Part shown: one piece after another, positions 9,810 to 20,600 of the stretch
Numbering within the stretch: the stretch's first letter is position 1
Layout: every line of letters starts with the position of its first letter
NCBI GenBank assembly: GCA_030674455.1
Contig: JAUSGQ010000029.1
Coordinates: forward strand, 6,625 to 70,624
From: a bacterium
GTDB lineage: Bacteria; Patescibacteriota; Minisyncoccia; Phycocordibacterales; UBA2100
Direction: 5' to 3'
DNA length: 64,000 nt
The notes under the pieces: generated by a model
The model's database searches: none
Told to the model about the DNA's origin: nothing
Seen by the model: only the letters and a program-made list of their open reading frames with translations
Program-made: the position numbers and the translations under genes

Positions 9810-10586
9810 TTAGTCAGAACAGGAGGCGAGGATTTTGTTGATTGCCGCGGCGGCTTCGTGCGGGCCTTTTACTTCCATCGTTTGTATGCCGGTTGGGATT
9901 ACGACGGCGTCGTTGCCTCCGGGCGAGAGATCGTCGCCGACAAAAATCATTTGAGCCGGTTCTACTCCGAGGCGTTTCGCCAGCCATTTCACGCCATGCG
10001 CTTTATCAATTTCCCGCGCTGTGATATCAATCGCAGTTCTTCCAGAAATACGGATATCAAGCCCTGTCAGTTTTTGGTCAAGAAAATCTTTGAGTTTCTT
10101 GCGCTTCGCGCGGTCGGTGTCCCACGCGGCCTTCATTTCGGATGAGGCATCCACTCCTAGCCCAGCGAATGTGACTTGCGAATCGCCTGCAAGAAATAAA
10201 CTGCCCCAGCGCGGAGCGCCTTTTAGCACCTCTGTATCTTCGATTGCTTCGTTGAACACTCGCATGATACTTTCGTACTCTTCTTTGGTGAAAGAGAATT
10301 TATAAGCGCTCCTCCATGTGCCGCTTTCAAAAATGAAGCATTGCGCGGCGGTATTGGGGAATAAATACAGGCGGCTTAAATCGGCCTTGCCCAGCGCGGG
10401 CAACAGGTCTTTTTCCATTCTAGCGAAACTCGCGCCCGACATGATGGCGACCGGAGCACGCTTGAGAAGTTCGCACAATCCTGTTGCGACCTCTTGTGAG
10501 GGCGGCTTAAAGCTTTCCGCAATCGTGTTGTCGAGATCGAAGATAACAGCGCGCGGAAATTTTGTAATTCTAGAATCGGCGTTCAT
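9810..10586 (-). CDS. HAD-IIB family hydrolase (phosphomannomutase-like)
   Basis: IFDLDNT, MSGAS, IDIT...DKAHG, FVGDDL...GGND. ATGA overlap with dedA. Confidence 0.85.
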   Translation of the reverse strand: MNADSRITKFPRAVIFDLDNTIAESFKPPSQEVATGLCELLKRAPVAIMSGASFARMEKDLLPALGKADLSRLYLFPNTAAQCFIFESGTWRSAYKFSFTKEEYESIMRVFNEAIEDTEVLKGAPRWGSLFLAGDSQVTFAGLGVDASSEMKAAWDTDRAKRKKLKDFLDQKLTGLDIRISGRTAIDITAREIDKAHGVKWLAKRLGVEPAQMIFVGDDLSPGGNDAVVIPTGIQTMEVKGPHEAAAAINKILASCSD

Positions 10587-11209
10587 ACGGCTGTATCCTC
10601 GGTTTTCTTCGCGTAATGCTTGTACCATTCTTTAAGGAGCGGGATGAAAGAAGTGATTATGATTACGAGAATAATCGGTGTGATGTAATGGTCAACTTGC
10701 GGAAATGTTTGCCCGAGGAAATATCCCGAAAATGTAATTCCCGCTCCCCACAGAATTCCTCCGGCGATGTTGTATGTCAAGAACGTCCGGTAACGCATTC
10801 CGGCAACGCCTGCAAGTATCGGAGCGAACGTTCGGACAATCGGTACGAAACGGGCCAAAACGATGGCAAGCACGCCGTGCTTTTCATAAAACGCACGCGT
10901 TTTCTCTACGTGAGATTTGCGGAAAAAACGAGAATCCTCGCGCTTAAAAAGCGCCGGCCCGACTTTTGTGCCGAACCAGTAACCCGTACTGTCGCCCAAA
11001 ATTGCCGCAAACGTGATTAAGGGAAGCAGAACCCATACATTGAAAATGCCGTGCGAAGCCAGAAGTCCGGCAGTAAATAGCATGCTGGAGCCCGGAAGAA
11101 AGAACATGAAGAAAATTCCGGTTTCGGCAAAGACTGCCGCGAACAAGCCGGGGTATCCAACAGCACGCACGAAAGTTTCTATGTTGCCCAGATCGGGAAT
11201 ATACGCCAT
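10583..11209 (-). CDS. dedA: DedA/VTT family membrane protein
   Basis: FAETG..FFLPG, AAILGDSTGYWFG, ARFVPIVRTFAP. Confidence 0.9.
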   Translation of the reverse strand: MAYIPDLGNIETFVRAVGYPGLFAAVFAETGIFFMFFLPGSSMLFTAGLLASHGIFNVWVLLPLITFAAILGDSTGYWFGTKVGPALFKREDSRFFRKSHVEKTRAFYEKHGVLAIVLARFVPIVRTFAPILAGVAGMRYRTFLTYNIAGGILWGAGITFSGYFLGQTFPQVDHYITPIILVIIITSFIPLLKEWYKHYAKKTEDTAV

Positions 11210-11228
11210 TTTCGGAATTATAGACTGC

Positions 11229-11352
11229 TAATTTGCAAATCCCAATTTGCAATTTGCAAACAAAATACCAAACCACAATTTCTCAGGCTCGGTTCGTTTG
11301 AGTTTTGTATTTTAGGATTTCTTTGCAAATTGATTTTTGATGCTTGCAAATT
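11229..11352. repeat. ~120-bp element with inverted AATTTGCA-rich arms, copy 1 (copy 2 at 37993-38112)
   Basis: aatttgcaaatcccaatttgcaatttgcaaa ... tttctttgcaaattgatttttgatgcttgcaaattc is shared between the two loci. Confidence 0.85.
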
Positions 11353-11364
11353 CGGATTCCCGCA

Positions 11365-12633
11365 TTACACGAACGAATTCGGAATAGGGAACTTTTTGCA
11401 CAAAGTGCGTATTTCTTCGCGGATTTTTTTCTGCGCTTTCGGTTCTGCGCGCTTTTCCAAAGCGTCTACCATGAGTTCCGCGACGCGCGAGCACTCTTTC
11501 TCTTTGAACTTGCGCGTGGTTATCGCGGGTGAGCCGAAGCGGATGCCCGAGGGGTCCATCGGTCCGCGCTTGTCGTCGGCAATCGCATTCTTGTTGAGGG
11601 TTATGCCAACTTCATCAAGAAGATGTTCGGCTTCTTTTCCGGATATTCCGAGCGATGTAAACACGTCGGCAAGAACGAGGTGGTTGTCTGTCCCTCCCGT
11701 CAAAAGGCGGATGTTCCGCTCCTTAAATACTTCTGCCATTGCGCGCGCATTCTTGATGATCTGCGCAGCGTATTTCCTAAATGAGGGGTGAAGCGCCTCT
11801 TTGAACGCGACGGCCTTTCCAGCGATGTTGTTCATGTGCGGGCCGCCTTGGAGGCCGGGGAATACCATCTTGTCGATTTTCTTTGCGATTTCTTCGCTCT
11901 CGCGCGTGAGTATCATTCCTCCTCGCGGACCTCGCAGAGTTTTGTGCGTGGTCGTAGTCATAACGTCGAATCCATAATCAAAAGGATTCTTCGCGGCTTT
12001 GCCCGCAATAAGTCCTGCGATGTGCGCGATGTCGATAACGGAATATGCTCCGACTTCGCGCGCAATCGAAACAAACTTTGCATAATCGAGTTCCCGCGGA
12101 TATGCGGAGAAACCGGCCAAGACGATTTTCGGCTTGTTCGCGATGGCGACTTTGCGCATCGCATCGTAATCAATTTCGCCTGTGTCCGGGTCCTTCATCT
12201 TGTAACGCACGAAGTTAAAGATTTTAGTGATGTAGGTGACGGGATGTCCGTGCGTGAGGTGGCCGCCGTGCGAGAGGTCCATGCCGAGCACCGTGTCGCC
12301 CGGCTGAAGGAGGGCGAAGTAGGTTGCGATGTTGGCATTAGCGCCGCCGAGCGGTTGCACATTTGAGTATTTTGCGCCGAAAAGTTTCTTTGAGCGCTCC
12401 ATCGCCAGATTCTCAACCATCTCACAGTACTTCTGACCGCCGTAGTATTTTTTACCGGGATACCCTTCGGAATATTTGTTCGTAAGGACAGAACTGTTCG
12501 CTTCGCGCACCGCTTTTGAGACATAATTTTCCGAAGGTATAAGTTCAATGCCTTCTGCCTCTCGTTTTTCCTCACCGATAACAGCTTCGTAAACCTGCTT
12601 ATCCTGCTTTCGTATGAATTCGTAGTCTTTCAC
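11365..12633 (-). CDS. glyA: Serine hydroxymethyltransferase
   Basis: IELIPSEN, NKYSEGYPGKKYYGG, GGHLTHG, TTTTHKTLRGPRGG, PGLQGGP. Confidence 0.97.
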   Translation of the reverse strand: MKDYEFIRKQDKQVYEAVIGEEKREAEGIELIPSENYVSKAVREANSSVLTNKYSEGYPGKKYYGGQKYCEMVENLAMERSKKLFGAKYSNVQPLGGANANIATYFALLQPGDTVLGMDLSHGGHLTHGHPVTYITKIFNFVRYKMKDPDTGEIDYDAMRKVAIANKPKIVLAGFSAYPRELDYAKFVSIAREVGAYSVIDIAHIAGLIAGKAAKNPFDYGFDVMTTTTHKTLRGPRGGMILTRESEEIAKKIDKMVFPGLQGGPHMNNIAGKAVAFKEALHPSFRKYAAQIIKNARAMAEVFKERNIRLLTGGTDNHLVLADVFTSLGISGKEAEHLLDEVGITLNKNAIADDKRGPMDPSGIRFGSPAITTRKFKEKECSRVAELMVDALEKRAEPKAQKKIREEIRTLCKKFPIPNSFV

Positions 12634-12680
12634 AAAAGTGTTGTTATATGAATAATTTAGTGCCTGCAGGATACCATATT

Positions 12681-13640
12681 TTATCCTGGTTTGTTTTCGA
12701 GACTTCGGAAGCCAGCCACGGTGAGTTCGGCTTTGATTGGAGGATGTGGATTGTATCCTTCGAGCGAGACATGTTCGGGGCGGAATGTATCCAGACTTGT
12801 GACCGCGTCGCCGATTTTGACCGAAGGGAAGGATTTTGGCTCGCGCTCCAACTGCTCCCGAATTGCACTCTCATGGTCTTCATAAAAATGCACGTCGCCG
12901 AAGGTATGAACGAACTCGCCGACCTCTCGCCCTAATATTTTTGCCACGACATGCGCGAGCAAAGCGTAACTTGCGATATTGAACGGAACGCCGAGGAAAA
13001 TATCCGCGCTGCGCTGGTACAGTTGAAGCGATACTTTTTCGTGCTTTATGTTCATCTGATACATGTTGTGGCATATTGGAAAGTGATTCGCTTCCTCGGG
13101 CTTCGCCATCGTGTACAAATATTCCGGATTCCATGATGTCACGATAGCGTTGTGGCAGCTTGGGTCGTTGTGCAGTTCTTCTATCGCCCACGCGAGCTGA
13201 TCAATAGCGCGTCCGTCTTTCGCAGGCCAGCGGCGCCACATGTCGCCGTAAATATTCTTGAGCGCGCCATGTTCCTCGGCGAACTTAGCATCAGTTTTGA
13301 TTTTTGAGACGAACTCTTCCTTGGTCATTTCCGGCTGCCCATTCTTCTTCGCGCGTTCATTGTATGTTCGATACGGGTAGTCGTCCCAGATATGCACGTT
13401 GTTATCGACGAGGTACTTTATGTTGTTTTGCCCCGACATGAACCAGTAGAGTTCATGCAAGACGCCGTTCCAGTAGACTTTTTTAGTTGTTAGCAGTGGA
13501 AACCCCTTCGACAAGTCGAATCGAATTTGCCGCCCGAATGCGCCTATGGTCGCTTTCCCGTGCCCGGCGTCGACCTGCCGGTCTCCGCTTTCGAGAAGTT
13601 CCCGCATCAGGTCAAGGTACTGTTGTTCGGGATGGGGCAT
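12681..13640 (-). CDS. thyA: Thymidylate synthase
   Basis: FPLLTTKKV, ELYWF, PICH (catalytic Cys), YQRSADIFLGVPFNIASYALL, GDVHFY. Confidence 0.95.
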   Translation of the reverse strand: MPHPEQQYLDLMRELLESGDRQVDAGHGKATIGAFGRQIRFDLSKGFPLLTTKKVYWNGVLHELYWFMSGQNNIKYLVDNNVHIWDDYPYRTYNERAKKNGQPEMTKEEFVSKIKTDAKFAEEHGALKNIYGDMWRRWPAKDGRAIDQLAWAIEELHNDPSCHNAIVTSWNPEYLYTMAKPEEANHFPICHNMYQMNIKHEKVSLQLYQRSADIFLGVPFNIASYALLAHVVAKILGREVGEFVHTFGDVHFYEDHESAIREQLEREPKSFPSVKIGDAVTSLDTFRPEHVSLEGYNPHPPIKAELTVAGFRSLENKPG

Positions 13641-13664
13641 ATGTAAGGCAGAAGGCAATAGGCA

Positions 13665-14291
13665 TTAGTATTTCTTCTGCGTAATTCTGCGTCCGTTCAG
13701 CGATGGGCCGATAGGTTTGGTATCGGCACCTGTAGACGGTCTGCGTCGTGTCGCTTTTTGCGACACGAAGTGATTCCAATTGTCTTTAGCAAAACGGCCG
13801 GTTTTTTTATAATTCTGTTTCGGCGGAGAGGATATTGTTGAAAAAGTTATCTGCGCTATCTCCATACCGGGGCGCAAAATTATCGGAATGTTGTTCTGGT
13901 TGGTGATTTCAAAAGTGATGTTCAAAAAGTGACCCGGGTTTATTATGCCCGCCGTGTTGTGTATCATCAGCCCGACGCGGGCGAGGGATGACTTGCCACC
14001 TACCTGTATAAGGTAGTGGTCGGAGCCGAAAAATTCTTTAGAAATTCCGAGGACAGAAACTCCGGGGTGAAGCACAAATTCTTTCCCGTCTTTTATATTG
14101 ATTTCGCGCGTTTTTGCATAAATCTTTTTAACAGGGTCAACAAACTGCGAATTGTTCTCATCGTTGACGATGAATTTGTTCCCGAGCAGGATGTCGTACG
14201 AAACCGGCTGGAGCCGCGTTTCCTGGAATGGCTTGATGATAATCTCGCCGCTTTTTACCGCTTTCTTTATATCGACGTCTGACAAAAACAT
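13665..14291 (-). CDS. dcd: dCTP deaminase with repeat-derived C-terminal extension
   Basis: LQPVSYDI, GKSSLARVGL, TAGIINPG, FEITN, PGMEIAQI. Confidence 0.9.
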   Translation of the reverse strand: MFLSDVDIKKAVKSGEIIIKPFQETRLQPVSYDILLGNKFIVNDENNSQFVDPVKKIYAKTREINIKDGKEFVLHPGVSVLGISKEFFGSDHYLIQVGGKSSLARVGLMIHNTAGIINPGHFLNITFEITNQNNIPIILRPGMEIAQITFSTISSPPKQNYKKTGRFAKDNWNHFVSQKATRRRPSTGADTKPIGPSLNGRRITQKKY

Positions 14292-14302
14292 AATCTAATT
14301 AT

Positions 14303-14425
14303 AGTGACTTTCGGATATGGATGCAGTTCGAGGCGCGAACGAGGAGCGTACCGAACTGTATGAATAATACAGTAAGGGAGAATCGGAGTTCGCAACGAAG
14401 AAATGCGCCATATCCGAAAGTCACT
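14303..14425. mobile_element. 123-bp MITE-like hairpin element with 18-bp terminal inverted repeats
   Basis: agtgactttcggatatgg (14303-14320) / ccatatccgaaagtcact (14408-14425); nested inner stems; supplies the CYTH stop codon. Confidence 0.75.
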
Positions 14426-15095
14426 CTATCACAAATATGCGTTCTGTTCCGTAGTATTCTTGCCAGTTAGCGTTATAGAAAGCAAACATGCGCTCCAAGC
14501 GGCTTTGGGGTAATTCCTTTACGCCAAGCTCTTGCATGAGGGTGCGAACTTGCGCTTCGGCGGACGAGAGCTCGACCTTATCGCTTACGACGCGCTCGAA
14601 TTCGGCAAGCCAGCCGTAGCCCGCATTTTTGTCGAGCGTTACGTTGACGCCTTTGCAAATATACTCCTCGCGCTCGCGCGACCACTTCGCCTGATACTTG
14701 AATCCGGCGGAAAGGACGAGTGCGTCCAGTTCAGCGAGAGTCATGGAAACCTTCTCCTCGAATTCCATGCGTGCGATTCCATTGGCGCTCGTGTCGTCTC
14801 CAACCGAGGCTTTGACGACGAGAAGTACTGTTCCATCCTTATCACGCGTACGCACCGAGAAATTCTTGGCACGACCGACAAGATCGGAAAGTCGCCCCGA
14901 AATTTCCGCAGGAAATTTCGGGGCAGTAATCTCAACAAGTTTCTCCAAATCGCCGCTTTCAAAATAATGATTCAACTGTTTGTTCCGTGATGTAAGAGTG
15001 CATCCAGAATTCGCTTTTTTTAGCGCTTCGCGGACTTGGTCTGCGCGTTCCTTATCGCCAAGCAAAGATTTTACTTCCACCTCGTATGAATGCAT
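14421..15095 (-). CDS. CYTH / triphosphate tunnel metalloenzyme
   Basis: N-terminal EVEVK (ExExK), QLNHYF, RMEFE, VTLDKNAGYGWLAEFE. Confidence 0.8.
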   Translation of the reverse strand: MHSYEVEVKSLLGDKERADQVREALKKANSGCTLTSRNKQLNHYFESGDLEKLVEITAPKFPAEISGRLSDLVGRAKNFSVRTRDKDGTVLLVVKASVGDDTSANGIARMEFEEKVSMTLAELDALVLSAGFKYQAKWSREREEYICKGVNVTLDKNAGYGWLAEFERVVSDKVELSSAEAQVRTLMQELGVKELPQSRLERMFAFYNANWQEYYGTERIFVIE

Positions 15096-15124
15096 TAGGG
15101 CATTATATCCGTTATAGTAGAGAT

Positions 15125-15787
15125 ATGAAAAAGCATGTTATGGCAATAACTGGTGTAGCGGTTGTTTTTGTTCTCTTTGTGCTGGTCAGAAATTATTCCG
15201 GAATTCATCCAGATTTGCAGCCTACTTTACCAGGTTTGTTGTTGGTTGGAAATTATGAAGGAGCTCGCCCAGTTTTACAACCTTCCATGCCTTTTCCTTC
15301 ACTACCCCCATTACCGTCTTCTCAAGCCGGACATGATTATGGTCCTAGACGACCAACTTATCCTGCGGATGTCCCACTAGGTGTAATGCCCGAGATAGGC
15401 TACACACATAGATATAATACCTTTCGCCCACTTGAAGAGAATGTTGGTGGAACGGAGATTCATTCAGCAAAAATTCTCAACGCACTTCTTGTCTCTATCA
15501 GATATTCTTCCGTCTCGCACAACATTCGCGCCTTTGAATATGGCGAACTCATATACGCTGAAGTCGGGCCAAAAGATGGGGGAGGATGGCAAAACGTATT
15601 TAAGAAAGAAAACGGTGGGTATAGACCCATATTACAGACTCAAGGTAGTGCCTCGTGTGTTCTCTATACAAAATTCAACGCCCCGGTTGGATTGATGTGT
15701 AGATTTGGCGGCGAATGTCTTCTGGTTTCGACCACGACACATCGTTATACAATTAAAAGTTTCCCAGAATGTTGGACGTATAAATAA
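15125..15787 (+). CDS. Hypothetical membrane-anchored/secreted protein
   Basis: Long ORF, N-terminal hydrophobic helix, Pro-rich linker, C-terminal Cys residues. Confidence 0.6.
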   Translation: MKKHVMAITGVAVVFVLFVLVRNYSGIHPDLQPTLPGLLLVGNYEGARPVLQPSMPFPSLPPLPSSQAGHDYGPRRPTYPADVPLGVMPEIGYTHRYNTFRPLEENVGGTEIHSAKILNALLVSIRYSSVSHNIRAFEYGELIYAEVGPKDGGGWQNVFKKENGGYRPILQTQGSASCVLYTKFNAPVGLMCRFGGECLLVSTTTHRYTIKSFPECWTYK

Positions 15788-15858
15788 ATGACACCTTTAA
15801 GATTTCACCTCGGATCATTCTCATATTCGTAGAGTTAAATAGATGTTATATTTTCACA

Positions 15859-16431
15859 ATGAAAAAGCCCCTAATCACTGAGGTGGTAGCAATCGGGAGA
15901 AATCGGGAGCTTGGCAAGAACGATAAACTTCTGTGGCATATTCCCGATGACCTAAAACGCTTCAAGCGTCTGACTTTGGGGCATCCGATAATCATGGGAA
16001 GAAAGACGTTCGAATCAATAGTCGGGTACATCGGAGAACCGCTTCCGGGGCGCACGAACATAATAGTTACTCGCCAGACAAGCAAGTTCATCGCGGACAA
16101 TCCTTATTTGCTTATTCGCGCGAATAAGCAAATAGTTGGGAATACCAATTTATCTGCGCAGGATGGAGTGATTGTCGTTAGTTCCATCGAGGAGGGGATT
16201 GAAAAGGCGCGAGAGGAAAATCCGAAAGAAATTCACATCGGAGGCGGCGCGGAGATTTACGAACAAGCGCTTCCATATATAGACAAACTGCAGCTGACAA
16301 TAATCGACGACGAAAAACCAGCGGACACGTTTTTCCCGCCCTACGAACACATATTTACAAAAAAGGTTTTTGAGGAGTCGCGCGAGTGGAACGGCATCAA
16401 ATACAAGTGGATAGATTTAGAGCGCGATTGA
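15859..16431 (+). CDS. folA: Dihydrofolate reductase with in-frame palindrome insertion
   Basis: LLWHIPDDLKRFK, IIMGRKTFESI, PLPGRTNIIVTR, IGGGAEIY, ADTFFP; extra loop of ~20 aa. Confidence 0.95.
   Translation: MKKPLITEVVAIGRNRELGKNDKLLWHIPDDLKRFKRLTLGHPIIMGRKTFESIVGYIGEPLPGRTNIIVTRQTSKFIADNPYLLIRANKQIVGNTNLSAQDGVIVVSSIEEGIEKAREENPKEIHIGGGAEIYEQALPYIDKLQLTIIDDEKPADTFFPPYEHIFTKKVFEESREWNGIKYKWIDLERD
16105..16134. repeat. 30-bp perfect palindrome of the ArsR1 family inside folA
   Basis: tatttgcttattcgc|gcgaataagcaaata; same family as 27159-27194 and 27503-27540. Confidence 0.95.
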
Positions 16432-16464
16432 GGCGCCAGCTATACCTTCTCCAATTAACCTTTC

Positions 16465-16572
16465 GTCATTGCGAGGAATGAGGAGGAACGACGACTTACG
16501 AAGCAATCCAGGGTATCAGAATCAGAACTCCTGGATTGCTTCCCGCCACGCTATGCTCGCGGTCGCAATGAC
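16465..16572. repeat. GTCATTGCGA...GAAGCAATCC hairpin element, copy 1 (partial copy at 49972-50045)
   Basis: Outer IR gtcattgcga/tcgcaatgac and inner gaagcaatccagg/cctggattgcttc; 16523-16572 is identical to 49996-50045. Confidence 0.9.
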
Positions 16573-16607
16573 AGGTAATAATTAGACATACGATGTCTAA
16601 CTTTGAT

Positions 16608-17651
16608 TTAGCGGTTTAGGCTTTTGAGCACTTTCAGATACAGTTTCTCGACGATTTCCTCTTGCGCTTTGCCCGTCTTTACATAATGGTCGAGGCCGGG
16701 CGCTGCGTTAATCTCCAGAATCCAGTAGTTCTTTGGCGGGTCAGAAATTATACCGTTTATCATCAGGTCTACGCCGCAGAGCCGGAGGCCCATGTCGCGG
16801 GTCAGCTTCACCGCGATCTTCTTGAACGCGGGATGAATCGTTGATGTAACGTCTACCGAATCCCCGCCAGTCGAGAGGTTTGCGTTATCTAAGAGAAAGA
16901 TTTGTTGGCCTTTTTTGGGAATCGAGCGCAAGCTCAATTTCTGACTCTTCAGCTTATTTGCTATGCGCGGGTCTTTGAATTTGATACGAGTGTCACGTTT
17001 CAATGCGTCAAAGGAGTGCTGCTTCTTTTTTAGCAATTGCAGAATTGTTGCCTTTCCATCGCCAACGACATTGAGCGGTATCCGTTCGTAGGCCGAAATG
17101 ATTGTCTTATCAAGAACAACGATGCGGTAATCCCGCCCGCTCACGGGTTTTTGCACGATGGCCACTTTGTCATTTCGGAATATGAGCTTCATCGCGCGAA
17201 AAAACTCGCGCTGATTGTGGACAAGGGCGACACCAACTCCTTGGCTGCCGCTATTTGGTTTTACGATAACCGGGAACCCAATCTTTTTTGCGTAACTCAA
17301 AGCCGCTTTTATGTCGCGTCGCGAGCCGATTGCCTCGCACCATTCTTGCGAAAAGAAAGTCTTGCCGCGCACTGCCGGATATCCCATGTGGCGCATGAAA
17401 AATGCCGCGTAATCTTTGTCCTTGGAAATATCCGAGGCGCCGACGGGGTTTAAATCAAGCGTATTGTAACGAAAGTATCTGTTATGGCCATCCTTGCCTG
17501 CCCGGCCAGGGCCTACCCGGCCAGGGTAGCGGATTTGGCCGGCGATTCTCCATTCCGGTTCTAGCACTACGCGCGCGCCAACTCTTGGCGCAAGGCGCTT
17601 CAGTATATTTGCAAGGATTAAATGTTCAGATTTGTACTTCACGCAGCGCAT
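16608..17651 (-). CDS. ATP-grasp ligase (cyanophycin synthetase / GshF C-terminal-like)
   Basis: FPVIVKPNSGSQGVGV, GRDYRIVVL, RIPLNVVGDG, ANLSTGGDSVDVT, GVDL, ILEINAAPGL. Confidence 0.85.
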   Translation of the reverse strand: MRCVKYKSEHLILANILKRLAPRVGARVVLEPEWRIAGQIRYPGRVGPGRAGKDGHNRYFRYNTLDLNPVGASDISKDKDYAAFFMRHMGYPAVRGKTFFSQEWCEAIGSRRDIKAALSYAKKIGFPVIVKPNSGSQGVGVALVHNQREFFRAMKLIFRNDKVAIVQKPVSGRDYRIVVLDKTIISAYERIPLNVVGDGKATILQLLKKKQHSFDALKRDTRIKFKDPRIANKLKSQKLSLRSIPKKGQQIFLLDNANLSTGGDSVDVTSTIHPAFKKIAVKLTRDMGLRLCGVDLMINGIISDPPKNYWILEINAAPGLDHYVKTGKAQEEIVEKLYLKVLKSLNR

Positions 17652-17695
17652 ACTGCCAGAGTTGACCGTCTATTTCAATGGTAGTATGGTGAGGC

Positions 17696-20600
17696 ATGAC
17701 GCATCGGATTTCCGTCACTTCAAACATTCCCGACTCACGCGCACAAAATTACCTCCGCACATTGCGCGAACTTTTTCCTAAAAGCGGCCTCTCGGCCGCC
17801 TCTCTGTTGCAGGTTTACACAATAGACGCCGATTTGTCGGCGAGCGAACTGCGCGAGGCGGCGGAGCGGCTCACGAATCCCATCACGGAGCGTTTTTCAA
17901 CAACACAGATTCCCGCGCCGGATTCATATTCATGCGCGATCGAGATCGGATTCCTCGCCGGCGTTACCGACAACGTGGGCCACACGGCGCGGCAGACGAT
18001 AGAAGATTGCATAGGCAGAGAATTTGCTGAAGGCGAAAGCGTCTATTCTTCCTACATTCTTTTTCTCACGGGCGAGATAACATCGGAGATCGCGCAGAGC
18101 ATGGCTCGCGAGCTCTACAACCCGCTTATTGAGCGTGCGACCGTTTTCTCGGGCGTCCAAAAAGATTTTCCCATTGTAGTACCCAAAGTGAAATTGGCCA
18201 GCTCCGAAGCGTCCGTGGCTGAAGTTAATCTTAATGTGGATGCGGCGGAACTCGAAAAGCTGGGCAAGGAGGGAATCAAGGATTCCTCGGGCGTGCGCCG
18301 CGGGCCACTTTCACTCTCATTGAAACAATTGCAGGTTATACAAAATCATTTCTCAAAGCGTAAACGGAATCCCACTGACATTGAATTGGAATCACTGGCG
18401 CAGACGTGGTCGGAACATTGCAAGCACACGATTTTTGCAGACCCGCTGGATGAAATCAAAGAGGGAATTTATCGAAAATATATAAAGGGAGCGACGGGAA
18501 AAATAAGAAAAGAGAAGGCGAAAAAGCCCGTTAGAGGCACGGCCTCTAACGGGCCAGGGGATTTTTGCGTTTCGGTGTTTACGGATAATTCCGGAGCGAT
18601 CGCATTTGACGATAGATATTTGGTAACTCACAAAGTAGAGACGCACAATTCGCCCTCGGCGCTTGACCCCTTCGGCGGTTCCGTGACGGCTATTGTGGGA
18701 GTAAACCGAGACACGCTTGGGTTCGGGCTCGGCGCAAAACCGATAGTGAATGTATACGGATTTTGCGTTGCTGACCCGAACGATACGACTGCATTGTATC
18801 GGTATTCGGAAAGAAAACAGCCGCTCTTGCCCGCGCGAAGAATTCTTGAAGGAGTGGTTCGAGGGATTAATGCCGGAGGAAATCAGAGCGGAATCCCCAC
18901 GGCTCTCGGATTCCTCGCAGTTGACCCGAGTTATCGCGGCAAGCCCTTAATTTACGGGGGGACCATCGGCCTCATACCCCGTAAAAGCCCTTCGGGCTCA
19001 CGGGGCAGGCCCCGGAAACTATATGAAAAACGTGCTCAAGCAGGAGATTACATCGTTATGGTCGGTGGGCGAGTGGGAGCGGACGGCATTCACGGCGCGA
19101 CGTTTTCCTCCGAATCGCTTTCCAGCGGTTCACCGGCTACAGCAGTACAAATTGGCGACCCCATCACGCAAAAGAAACTCTCGGACGCGATTATCCGCGA
19201 AGCGAGAGACGCCGGATTGTATTCAAGCATTACCGACAACGGAGCGGGAGGGCTTTCCGGTGCTGTTGGTGAAATGGCAAAAGAATCGGGCGGGCCTTCG
19301 CCTCGCCGTAGCGGGCTTCGGCCTCGCGAAGGCGGGTGCATTGTCGACTTGTCGACCGTGCCGCTCAAGTATCCGGGACTCGCGCCATGGCAGATTTGGC
19401 TTTCGGAATCGCAGGAGCGCATGACGCTTGCTGTCCCGAAAAAGAACTGGACAGCTCTCAAAAAGATTTTCGACAGGCACAATGTTGAGGCGACGCGAAT
19501 AGGCACGTTCACGAATTCCGGAAGGTGTATTGTGAAATTTGGAAAGGAAAAAGTCATGGACATGGAAATGTCGTTCTTGCACGACGGCCGTCCCATCGAA
19601 GTTCAGAAAAGCAAAAAGCCCGCGCGCGTGAACAGCGAGCCGCCTGCGGCGGCTCGTTCCAGCGACCTTAGCGAATCGCTTCTCAAGATGCTCGCTCGTC
19701 CGAATATCGGTTCAATATCGTTTATTTCAGAACAGTACGACCACGAAGTGCAGGGCTCATCCGTCACAAAACCACTCGAAGGAAAGGGAAGAGTGAACGC
19801 GGATTCTGCCGTTTTGCAGCCATTGCCCGATACGAACCGCGGCATCGTCTTGGCGCACGGCTATTGCCCGTGGTATTCCGGCATCGACACATACGCGATG
19901 GCGGCGGCATCCATTGATACCGCCATACGCAACGCCGTGTGTGCGGGTGCTTCGCGCGATTACCTGGCAATTCTCGACAACTTCTGCTGGTCCAGCTCGA
20001 ACACGCCGGAGAGATTGTATGAACTCAAAGAATCGGCGCGCGCGTGTTTTGACATAGCGACGGCGTACGGGACGCCGTTCATCTCCGGCAAAGATTCGAT
20101 GTTTAACGATTTTCGCGGATTCACCGAAGACGGCAAAAAAATCCAAATATCCGCACAGCCAACGCTTCTCATCTCCGCTCTCGGCGTCATTCCGGATGTT
20201 ACAAAAGCGATGACGATTGATTTCAAACAAGCAGGCGACTTAATTTATCTTGTTGGAGAAACGAACGATGAACTCGGCGCATCTGAATATTTTGCGATGT
20301 TGGGAGAGGAAAAAGGGAATTTAGTTCCAATTGTTGATGCAAAGAAAAATGCCAGAATCTATGACGCACTCTCTCGCGCCATAAGCGGAAAAGGACATAC
20401 TCACATACTTGAGAATGTAAGGATGTTTGGCTGCGTGGCGTCGGCGATTAGCCTGGGGCGGGGAGGGCTTGGCGTAGCGCTCGCAAAGAGTTGTGTTGCC
20501 GGACAGCTTGGAGCGAGCGTCAATTTGAAGAATATACCGGGCGACGCAAAACAAGACGATTCCATTTTGTTTTCTGAAAGCCAGGGCAGGGTTTTAGTTT

